From a virus, in the IMG/VR virus record IMGVR_UViG_3300048919_000040, positions 1-39,882 of that record: 39,882 bases of DNA. One strand, given 5' to 3'. Under the pieces are notes generated by a model, which saw nothing but the letters and a program-made list of their open reading frames with translations, was not told where the DNA came from and made no database searches. The position numbers and the translations under genes were made by a program. This document shows, piece by piece, positions 24,638-32,253 of the stretch. Each line of letters starts with the position of its first letter. Position 1 is the stretch's first letter.

Positions 24638-24664
24638 GCATCAACTAATATAAATACTTACATT

Positions 24665-24889
24665 ATGACAATAGCAGTAATCGCAACATGTTACGCGGAC
24701 TTTAAAGAGTTTATTAGACGCACAGGAGCCGCGCCAGTGCTTACACCATTTCATTTCCATTGCGTTCTAAAAGAATCTGACATTCCCGGTATGGAATTTT
24801 GTTTTGTTTTACATACTCCATCTGCGGAATCGTTTTTGGCAAACTTTTGGAATTTACATGATATGTGTGTAAATCGCGTAATATCATGA
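24665..24889 (+). CDS. hypothetical protein (74 aa)
   Basis: ORF after the terminator and a short AT-rich leader. Confidence 0.55.
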   Translation: MTIAVIATCYADFKEFIRRTGAAPVLTPFHFHCVLKESDIPGMEFCFVLHTPSAESFLANFWNLHDMCVNRVIS

Positions 24890-25068
24890 GTAAACTATAT
24901 TCTAATTGCATATCGCTGGCAGTGCTGGCAAGACAAAAGCACGGCGCCGATAAAGTACGCGACATACTGCAAGCGCTCGGATATAAGAGCGTAACACAGA
25001 TCACAGACGCGCAAGACTTAATAGAACTACAAAAACGATTAAACAATTTATTATGGAAAAATACATAA
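24886..25068 (+). CDS. hypothetical protein (60 aa)
   Basis: Start moved to the ATG at 24886 (MSKLYS...), which forms an ATGA overlap with the upstream stop. Confidence 0.5.
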   Translation: MSKLYSNCISLAVLARQKHGADKVRDILQALGYKSVTQITDAQDLIELQKRLNNLLWKNT

Positions 25069-25310
25069 ACCTAACGACAAACACCGGTAGCACTGCGTCG
25101 ACGTTAACGATAGATGAAATCGGAGATTACAAAAATTTTAAATTTGAAAGTAGTAACCTCACACCGCGCCCAAAGCATGCGCCGGAAGAAAAGCCCAAAG
25201 TTTTAATCATGACACTTAGTGGCGAAGATGGCAGTTTAGAAATAAACGGTGTTAAATTAGAAGGTATTGCACTTACCTTATTTTTAGAATACATAAATCA
25301 GATAGTATGA
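25053..25310 (+). CDS. hypothetical protein (85 aa)
   Basis: ORF tiling with its neighbours. Confidence 0.55.
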   Translation: MEKYINLTTNTGSTASTLTIDEIGDYKNFKFESSNLTPRPKHAPEEKPKVLIMTLSGEDGSLEINGVKLEGIALTLFLEYINQIV

Positions 25311-25579
25311 AAATGACATTTAACGAATGGTTAAATTTACCCAATGTGCAAGCGCAACAAATAGACATAGACGCGCTACACGAAACTACTACCTTTAGAG
25401 TTACTAAGTTAATTAAAACCGGTAGGCGCGAAGAAGTTTTAAAGATACTTTCTAAATATGGAGTATTGCGACCAAGTAACCTACTAGATGATAAATTAAG
25501 TTATAAGCTATTTGCGGCCGAACTGCAAGCCAAAGTATGGTGCAAATATTACCCGCCAGCACCGGCGACCAATAAATAA
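25307..25579 (+). CDS. hypothetical protein (90 aa)
   Basis: Last ORF of the plus-strand block, with an ATGA overlap upstream and a terminator downstream. Confidence 0.6.
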   Translation: MKMTFNEWLNLPNVQAQQIDIDALHETTTFRVTKLIKTGRREEVLKILSKYGVLRPSNLLDDKLSYKLFAAELQAKVWCKYYPPAPATNK

Positions 25580-25583
25580 TAAA

Positions 25584-25604
25584 AGCCACCCGTGGGGGGT
25601 GGCT
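25584..25604. terminator. Bidirectional terminator between convergent transcription units
   Basis: Stem AGCCACCC/GGGTGGCT (25584-25591 / 25597-25604) with a 5-nt loop and T-rich tracts on both strands. It sits between the stops at 25579 (+) and 25613 (-). Confidence 0.75.
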
Positions 25605-25612
25605 TTACTGTT

Positions 25613-26176
25613 TTACCTTGCTAAGATCGTGAAGCCGGCCGTTACACCGATGCCGCTCCGTAGCTGTTTACCATCATATAGCGCGGTAGGCCCTACGGTG
25701 ATACTTATTACCGATCGCTTACGCACGGGTTGAATGTTTGTTATCGTGGTAATCTTTGGGAATACCTGCAAACTATCCAGCGACGGGCGCCACCCGCTAA
25801 CCACTGCGTAGAAGTCCGGGCCGCTGTACGTCTTCCGGGTTATTGGTATGTCGATATTACCCGAAGGCTGCAAAATGGGTTTATCGTCCTTAATTGTTTC
25901 ACGTGGAACATTACCCCCGTTATTGGTATTTGATGCGATTTTTACCGTATCGCTGGCTTTGTGTGGCGTTACCGATATCGTACCGGCGTCTTCCACCTTT
26001 GCCGGTTCCTTAATTACTACCCTAATCGTATCGCGCTTTACGATGGTATCACTTTTACCGATCAACGGTACCGCGTCCACCGGGTTAAAATGCGCGTGCG
26101 CTTGGCATCCTACTACGCCACCTATTGCGAAGATAACCAACGCGGCGGCAATTATTAAGATCGTCCGGGTACTCAT
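25613..26176 (-). CDS. Membrane-anchored or lipoprotein-like lysis-associated protein (spanin-like, putative)
   Basis: 187 aa with an ATGA overlap to the endolysin stop. The N-terminal hydrophobic helix ends in ...GGVVGC, a possible lipobox. Confidence 0.4.
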   Translation of the reverse strand: MSTRTILIIAAALVIFAIGGVVGCQAHAHFNPVDAVPLIGKSDTIVKRDTIRVVIKEPAKVEDAGTISVTPHKASDTVKIASNTNNGGNVPRETIKDDKPILQPSGNIDIPITRKTYSGPDFYAVVSGWRPSLDSLQVFPKITTITNIQPVRKRSVISITVGPTALYDGKQLRSGIGVTAGFTILAR

Positions 26177-26718
26177 AACTTTAGACCTTGTAGAATGTGG
26201 TGTAGTTCGCTGGCATACCTTCCAACGTCTGCGAATTTAAGCGCTTCCGGGTTGGACCCAAAAAACGGCTCTATGATAATGGCCGGTGCTTTCGGTAAGT
26301 AGATAAACCAATAACCGCGATCGTTTTTATTAACCAACGCCCTAGCGCCTTTATCGCCCCTTAGCGTGGTATCGTAAGCCAGCGATAGGCCAGCCGCGAT
26401 ATACTGCGCTGCCTTCTTACCCTTGGCACTATTGAAGAAATAGCAGACTTCCGTACCATTGGCCGCCGGGCTGGCTGCATTAAAATGTAATTCTAAAACT
26501 AGGTCGTACGCCTGTTTATTGATCTTATCCGCTAACAACTTTTCGCGCTCGTAGTAGCTTTGCAGCGAATGGGTGTAAACGTCATACGATTGCGGGGCTA
26601 GGCATTTAAGCGCTTGCGCCACCGCGTTGTTAAATGGTTGCTCGCTTTGTTTTAAGTAAGCGGAATACGCGCCTTTATCGGCGCCGGTAGTGTGACCTAC
26701 CACAATGGCAATTTTCAT
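26173..26718 (-). CDS. N-acetylmuramoyl-L-alanine amidase (Amidase_3) endolysin
   Basis: 181 aa with the Amidase_3 pattern: IVVGHTTGADKGA, LELHFNAAS and IIEPFFGSNPE. Confidence 0.8.
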   Translation of the reverse strand: MKIAIVVGHTTGADKGAYSAYLKQSEQPFNNAVAQALKCLAPQSYDVYTHSLQSYYEREKLLADKINKQAYDLVLELHFNAASPAANGTEVCYFFNSAKGKKAAQYIAAGLSLAYDTTLRGDKGARALVNKNDRGYWFIYLPKAPAIIIEPFFGSNPEALKFADVGRYASELHHILQGLKL

Positions 26719-26729
26719 AATACTTGGTT

Positions 26730-27914
26730 TTAATCGTGCGACGTGGTAATATCCCAGCCCGCCGCAATGTTAGACAATCTATTTAAAAATACGTATCTTT
26801 CGGCATCCTTAGCGTGGTTATGTTTGTCGATCGGCTTAGTTGTGTATTCGCCGGTCTTCTTATCCATTGCGTAGCGGTATAGCCTATTTTCTTTAATCGA
26901 ATCTAGCGAGCGCTTTGTATAGTGCTTTTTAAAACGGTTCATAACCGATATTCCTAGGTCTATATCTTTCGATAGGTTCGGGTCTGTGTCTTTATCCGCA
27001 ACCCATAGGCCGGCGTTTTGGAGTTCCTTAATACTTTTAGGTTCGGCAATATCGGCGATTACTTCAAAATCTTTTAGCCCTGCGTCTATAATGATCTGCG
27101 CTATTTCCGGGTTATCTAAGTTTTTGGTATATGCTAGCTGATCTATGTACACTTCGCCGTAACTCAATACCACGTGCATAATAGCCGTTGGCGCAGTCCA
27201 CCCAAAGTCTACCCCGATAAACGATTTTTTCCATTCGTCGCGCGGCGGCATCGCGTCCACTTCATCCCACTTTTTAATAATAAGCCCTTGCTTACTTCCG
27301 GTCTTACCTTCACCGTATACGCGCCACCATTCCGGGTCTTCTTCTTTGTTACTTTCAATTTCGGCGATCTGCGCAGCCGTTAACATATCGTTATCTAAAT
27401 ACGTGCTATGTATTACTTTCACATCGTCGCGCTTAGCTAGCTTAGTATCTACCCAAAATTCGTGCGCCGGGTTATAATCTAATATAATCTTTTCGGTAGT
27501 ACGTACGGCTAGCTGCCTGTATACTTCCCATTCGACGTTAATACACTCGTTAATATAAAGTACTTGACGCGCAGGGCCTAACACCTTTTCGGGGCTATCT
27601 GCGCTAAAAAATTCTAGTTTGGCGTTTTCGTACGTGTATATCTTATCGGTATCGTGCCACTTAGCCGGGTTATATGCGCCTTCTTCTTTTAGCATATTTT
27701 CAAAGTCACGTATAGCGCCACGCTTTAGGTGTGGCATTGTTTCCGATACTACCGATATAAGGCGCTGCTTTTTAGATTTGCGCGCCATGTAGTTTAAAAA
27801 CTGAATTACCGCCCAAGTCTTGCCCGAACGCGTACCCCCCTTTAGCGCAATGACCCGTATAGACGGGTCAATATATGCGGCTAAAAGTTCGCTAAATACT
27901 TTTGTAGTTTCCAT
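26730..27914 (-). CDS. terL: Terminase large subunit (PBSX/Terminase_3-like)
   Basis: 394 aa. Walker A is LKGGTRSGKTW, the nuclease region has VDFGWT...HAKDAERY, and the gene follows the small-subunit gene. Confidence 0.8.
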   Translation of the reverse strand: METTKVFSELLAAYIDPSIRVIALKGGTRSGKTWAVIQFLNYMARKSKKQRLISVVSETMPHLKRGAIRDFENMLKEEGAYNPAKWHDTDKIYTYENAKLEFFSADSPEKVLGPARQVLYINECINVEWEVYRQLAVRTTEKIILDYNPAHEFWVDTKLAKRDDVKVIHSTYLDNDMLTAAQIAEIESNKEEDPEWWRVYGEGKTGSKQGLIIKKWDEVDAMPPRDEWKKSFIGVDFGWTAPTAIMHVVLSYGEVYIDQLAYTKNLDNPEIAQIIIDAGLKDFEVIADIAEPKSIKELQNAGLWVADKDTDPNLSKDIDLGISVMNRFKKHYTKRSLDSIKENRLYRYAMDKKTGEYTTKPIDKHNHAKDAERYVFLNRLSNIAAGWDITTSHD

Positions 27915-27915
27915 T

Positions 27916-28437
27916 TTATAGTATGTCGTCTAAGTCGTTAAGGTTATCGGCCGTTTGTTGATCGCGCACCGTAACCACTAAACTACCTTCGTTTTTAACG
28001 TTGGCGTTAATGTTATCGGCTATGCCGTGTTTCTTAGCTACTAGCCCGCTATCGAATACGCGGACTATCGCGCCTTCTAAGTTCTGCGTATAACAAACTA
28101 ATTCGATTTGTTCTACCGTATCTAATAACTCTTCTTCTACCGAATTGGCGCGCTTGGCGTCTATCTTCGTTTTAATGTTTGCTTTAAACGATCGGAAGTA
28201 CGAACCGCTAACACCGAGGTAAATAGTAAAGCCATCCATAGAATAAGGGCGGCCTAACGATATTTCGTATTCAGTTGCCGCGCCTTGGTGCTTTACCAAT
28301 TCCGGGCGCATCCACGGGCTACGGTCGCATAAATCCGTGTAATCGTAAAAAGCTTGCATAAGTACGGCGGGGTCGCTAAATAGCTTATCCCGTCCGTGCT
28401 TAGTGCGTTGCTTCCAAAACTTGTTACCTCGTATCAT
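27916..28437 (-). CDS. terS: Terminase small subunit (gp3 DNA-packaging-like)
   Basis: 173 aa, immediately upstream of terL. SLGRPYSMDGFTIYLGVSGSYFRSFK resembles the GP3_package HTH region. Confidence 0.55.
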   Translation of the reverse strand: MIRGNKFWKQRTKHGRDKLFSDPAVLMQAFYDYTDLCDRSPWMRPELVKHQGAATEYEISLGRPYSMDGFTIYLGVSGSYFRSFKANIKTKIDAKRANSVEEELLDTVEQIELVCYTQNLEGAIVRVFDSGLVAKKHGIADNINANVKNEGSLVVTVRDQQTADNLNDLDDIL

Positions 28438-28445
28438 GCGCTAGT

Positions 28446-29225
28446 TTATAGTATTGATTCTTCGCCCGCTTTGAACGTAGTTTTACCGCCCGGTTGTACT
28501 GCGTAGCTATCGCCCGTATCGGTGGTATAGGTTCCCGGCTTCATGTTCTTAGTTTCCTTATCCGCGTTAACGAAGGTAAGGCCGCCCTTTGTAGCGTCTT
28601 CGGCATCCGGGGTAAACGTTACTTCGTGTACGTTGCCGTCTTTATCCTTTACGATAAACGACCCGTCTGCGTTAGTGGTATCTACGTTAGGCGTATTCAA
28701 TTCGGTAAGTCTATCGGCCAATAGCTGGCGCTCGCTATCGAATAGCATAGTATTACCGTTTGCCGTAGCTTCCGCGTCCTGCTTAGTAATTTCGGCGATC
28801 GCGTCCGCTTCGCCCATAGCGTTTTCCGGTTCGTCCGGGTCGTACCCAAATTCTGCGCTGTATGCTGCGTAAATATCATGTAGCGCCGTGTATGTTTCAC
28901 GTGGAACATTTGCGCCCGCGGCTTCGGTTGCTGGCACGGTAGGCGCTGCGGCTTCCAGCTTTTCGCCGTACACGTCTTTGCCCTTATCGGCTTGCGCTAG
29001 TGCGTAATCGGCATACCATTGCTTTAGCTTATTGGCGCGATTGGTTAAGCACGACGTACACGATTCCGGTACCTCTCTTAGCCCAAATACGGCGTTATGC
29101 GCATTATAAATTCCCGATGTGCTGTATCGGTGTTTAGAGACGTCATTTAAAACAATCTCTACGCTTTGGATAATTGCCGGCGTAATGTGTGAATAGTCGG
29201 CGGCTTTGTTGTCTTGCTTTTTCAT
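28446..29225 (-). CDS. hypothetical protein (259 aa) with an acidic C-terminal tail
   Basis: ORF between the membrane protein gene and terS. No motif recognised. It ends ...GEESIL. Confidence 0.65.
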   Translation of the reverse strand: MKKQDNKAADYSHITPAIIQSVEIVLNDVSKHRYSTSGIYNAHNAVFGLREVPESCTSCLTNRANKLKQWYADYALAQADKGKDVYGEKLEAAAPTVPATEAAGANVPRETYTALHDIYAAYSAEFGYDPDEPENAMGEADAIAEITKQDAEATANGNTMLFDSERQLLADRLTELNTPNVDTTNADGSFIVKDKDGNVHEVTFTPDAEDATKGGLTFVNADKETKNMKPGTYTTDTGDSYAVQPGGKTTFKAGEESIL

Positions 29226-29491
29226 TTGGTAATAATGTATTTTGATTTAACATATAAGTAATTTAATAGGCCCGATATTAGCGCGATAACTAATAACAGG
29301 TAGAAGGCTTCGCCGTTTCGCGTCCAAGCAATTAGCGTGCCAAATATCAGGGTTAGCCAAAAGGCCAAACACCCGTAACAGTTAAACGGTTTTACCGGCA
29401 ACACTGCGCGGCCCGCCGTACCTAAATACGCTAACGCGTTGGAACCCAACACGTTAACGATTAATAGAATTATGATTTTATAGAAGTCCAT
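29222..29491 (-). CDS. Small membrane protein (89 aa, about 3 hydrophobic helices)
   Basis: Hydrophobic segments IIILLIVNVLGSNALAYL, CLAFWLTLIFGTLIAW and FYLLLVIALISGLLNYL. ATGA overlap with the downstream gene. Confidence 0.6.
   Translation of the reverse strand: MDFYKIIILLIVNVLGSNALAYLGTAGRAVLPVKPFNCYGCLAFWLTLIFGTLIAWTRNGEAFYLLLVIALISGLLNYLYVKSKYIITK
29327..29342 (-). promoter_or_regulatory. Sigma-54 consensus match inside a coding region (TGGCACGCTAATTGCT)
   Basis: The minus-strand reading matches TGGCACG-N4-TTGCW perfectly. It lies about 100 nt upstream of the ATG at 29225, which heads the 259-aa/terS/terL/lysis genes. It is not part of the 42-nt repeat. Confidence 0.3.
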
Positions 29492-29506
29492 AAGGTAAAG
29501 ATAAAA

Positions 29507-30217
29507 TTATTTAGTATCGTCATTTAGCGATAGCAAATAGTCTTTGCGCGCTTTGAACGTTATTTGCACATCTTTTTTAATTGCGCCGATTACCTGCCAT
29601 ATTTTAGTAAACGAAATACCAAGTAGCGCCGCTAAGCGCTTATACGAAGTATCGGGCAAAAGGCCCAAATATATTTCAAATATGCACGTATCGAAGTCGC
29701 AGTAATTGGCGCGCACATATTCCAGCACTTCCGTATTTAACGTATCTACGACTTCTTCGTACAGCGCGTAATTAAAATCGCTGGCCAAAAGGCGATCTTT
29801 AAGGGTGAAATTTACCGGAATACCGCTACGACTTGCGCGGCTATCTTTATAAAACTTATCTCTATCTAATTCAGCGTCAAGACTTTGCAACATTTTAGCG
29901 GTAGAAATATCGTTTATCTGCGCCTTCATGGCGTTAGTGTAATACGCGCGATAAAAGTAATCGGCATAGCTGGCGATACGCGTACCCTTTAATAATATGG
30001 CGTCGTAAATAACTAGCGCGGTATCGGTAGCCACGTCGTCGTTAAACGTCCAGCCCTTACTTTTAAATGTAGTTTTCAATTCGATGAAGTGCGCGCCATA
30101 CCATGACATGAAATTACGCGCCCGGCGTTCATTCTGAATAGTTGGCACTTCGTGGCCCGTAAGCTTCTTATATTTTTTGCCGGCATTCTTACCGCCGCTA
30201 TTTCCATATTTCGCCAT
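29507..30217 (-). CDS. Sigma-70-family-like transcription regulator (putative late-gene factor)
   Basis: 236 aa. The C-terminal LPDTSYKRLAALLGISFTKIWQVIGAIKKDV resembles a sigma region-4 HTH, and DVATDTALVIYDAILLKG is region-2-like. The position (after SNF2, before terminase) matches sigma/RinA-like regulators in related modules. Confidence 0.4.
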   Translation of the reverse strand: MAKYGNSGGKNAGKKYKKLTGHEVPTIQNERRARNFMSWYGAHFIELKTTFKSKGWTFNDDVATDTALVIYDAILLKGTRIASYADYFYRAYYTNAMKAQINDISTAKMLQSLDAELDRDKFYKDSRASRSGIPVNFTLKDRLLASDFNYALYEEVVDTLNTEVLEYVRANYCDFDTCIFEIYLGLLPDTSYKRLAALLGISFTKIWQVIGAIKKDVQITFKARKDYLLSLNDDTK

Positions 30218-31676
30218 AGTGTTTATTTTTAAGGTATTTTACTTCGTCCATTAGAAACTGCTGATCTGTGCCTTTTGATTCGGTGCGCTTCTTTACTCTA
30301 AAGTCTTCGGTATTCATCATAAGTAAAAGCCAAACATATATTTTATCGAATCCGCGACGTCGGCGTATTCGCGCAATAGTTTGTAGCCAATGTTCTAAAT
30401 TAAATGTAGGCGACCCCCAAACAATATGCTGACCGCCGTACTGAATGTTTAGCCCGTGGCCTGCACTAGCTGGGTGGATAACTAATTTTTTAATTTCGCC
30501 CCTATTCCATGCGTTAAATACTTCGCGCAACTTCTTACCTTTTGGCAAGCTTACGGCGTCCGGGAAACGTTTTAGTATTCTATCGCGTTCGTGTTGGAAC
30601 TGATATACGATTAAAAAATTATCGTCCGGGAAACGATCGAACAAATTAGCCATTGCGTCCAGCTTCACCGTATTTAATTCGTGCCAAACTTTAGCTTTGC
30701 CTTCTTCGCTATCTTCATAGATGGCGCCGGCCGATACTTGCAATAGTTTATTTATTAAATCGGCACTTGTTTTGATGGTGGTACTTTCGCCGTTAAAGAA
30801 GTCTATGCAATATTCGCGCTCTAGTTCGTCGTATACTTCGCGCTCTAGGTCTGTTAATTCTAATATAATGTCGCGATGTATAACGTCAGGTAATTTAATA
30901 TCTACATCCTTAGCGTTTAGACTTAGTACAATGTCGGATATTTTACGCGCAATAGTTTTACGCGCATTTGCTTTTAACTTGTATTCGTACACTATCATAC
31001 CATTGCCGCGCGTAGTAAAATACTTATCTGTGAACGGGCCAACCTGCGCACCCAATCGCTGGCCGCCGTCTAATAATTTAAGTTGCGCCCAAAGGTCTTT
31101 TTCACCATTAGGCGAAGGCGTACCCGTTAGCGCTATTCGATAAGGTACGTTAGACATTTCTAGCGCGCGGTCTAGCTTCTTAAAGCGGCCGCCACTCCAT
31201 GACTTAAACAAACTGCTTTCGTCCAACACGACGCAATCAAAAGGCAGCGAACCCGTCCACGGGTATTTAGTGGCCCCGGATTTGCTGCGCGGCTGATATA
31301 CGTACATATCAATAAGCCATTCCAAATTATCCACACTTATTAAATATAGATCGGCGTCAGCTTCTAAAGCTGCTTTTCGTTCTTTGGGGTCGCCATGTAT
31401 TACACTATATCTAAAATCGCTAACCTCCTGCCAGTCTTTTATTTCATTGGGCCAAGTAAGGCGCACAACGTTTGCCGTAGATATTACTAAGGTCTTACTT
31501 ATTGCCGCTTCGCGATATGTCATATCGTAAAGGTACAATAGTGTAACTATCGTTTTGCTCAAACTCATTTCGAGAAAAAGGCCGGCCCGGGGGTTGGCGT
31601 ATAAATGATCTAGGGCTAAATATTGGTGCGTATCTAATTCGCATTCTTCGCCCGTACTACTTTTCGTTATTATCAT
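30198..31676 (-). CDS. SNF2-family helicase/ATPase
   Basis: 492 aa with VVLDESSLFK (DExx), ALTGTPSPNG (motif III) and QTIARIRRRRG (motif VI). Confidence 0.8.
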   Translation of the reverse strand: MIITKSSTGEECELDTHQYLALDHLYANPRAGLFLEMSLSKTIVTLLYLYDMTYREAAISKTLVISTANVVRLTWPNEIKDWQEVSDFRYSVIHGDPKERKAALEADADLYLISVDNLEWLIDMYVYQPRSKSGATKYPWTGSLPFDCVVLDESSLFKSWSGGRFKKLDRALEMSNVPYRIALTGTPSPNGEKDLWAQLKLLDGGQRLGAQVGPFTDKYFTTRGNGMIVYEYKLKANARKTIARKISDIVLSLNAKDVDIKLPDVIHRDIILELTDLEREVYDELEREYCIDFFNGESTTIKTSADLINKLLQVSAGAIYEDSEEGKAKVWHELNTVKLDAMANLFDRFPDDNFLIVYQFQHERDRILKRFPDAVSLPKGKKLREVFNAWNRGEIKKLVIHPASAGHGLNIQYGGQHIVWGSPTFNLEHWLQTIARIRRRRGFDKIYVWLLLMMNTEDFRVKKRTESKGTDQQFLMDEVKYLKNKHYGEIWK

Positions 31677-31960
31677 AAGGCAATTATTAAAGCGTCTACG
31701 GCGTCGTAACTATCTATAACCTCAACCCTAAAGCCTAAGCGTCGTAGCTTATCATGTACTTTAAGCTGAATAGCCCGGGCTACTTCGCCGGGCTTTTTTA
31801 CCTCTACAAATATTATAATTGCGCCGGGGGCTAAGCAAATTCTATCCGGGAAACCGCGGAAGAATAAAGGCGGGAATTTAATACACATACCGCGCATAAT
31901 CTTTTCCCACTGCGCAACTAAATACTTTTCTACGTGTTTTTCTGTAACATCCTTATTCAT
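31673..31960 (-). CDS. VRR-NUC domain nuclease
   Basis: 95 aa. GFPDRICL...IIFVEVKKPG...QLKVHDKLRRLGF fits the VRR-NUC D...ExK pattern. ATGA overlap with the SNF2 gene. Confidence 0.75.
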   Translation of the reverse strand: MNKDVTEKHVEKYLVAQWEKIMRGMCIKFPPLFFRGFPDRICLAPGAIIIFVEVKKPGEVARAIQLKVHDKLRRLGFRVEVIDSYDAVDALIIAL

Positions 31961-32253
31961 AGTTATTTACGTTTAGTTACAAATTTGGTTACACCTGTAA
32001 GTTATTAAGCTACATAGTGTTACGGTGTTTTGCCGTATCGTGTAACTTTGTAACCAAATTTTTTGTATACATTATTATATATAATATAAATTGTTTAAAT
32101 TGAATATTTATATACTTTTACTAATTACTATATATTTTAGTTATTTGGTTACAATATTCATAGAACATAGATAGGCAAAGGATTTGCGGCGTAACCAAAT
32201 TTGTAACCAAAATATAAATGTAACCAAAATTTAGTTACACCTATGTAACCAAA
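31961..32253. promoter_or_regulatory. AT-rich intergenic region B with a dense TTT(G/A)GTTAC iteron array (candidate origin or regulatory hub)
   Basis: Forward copies at 31972, 31984, 32144 and 32230. Reverse copies (GTAACCAAA) at 32050, 32191, 32203, 32220 and 32245, plus core-only copies. They flank an extremely AT-rich core at about 32058-32140. Confidence 0.6.

Noticed and set aside
31961-32253. The repeat arrays as a CRISPR array or tRNA/ncRNA genes
   Set aside because: The repeats are 9-mers in both orientations with irregular spacing and no unique spacers. No cloverleaf-capable GC-rich segment is present in any intergenic region.
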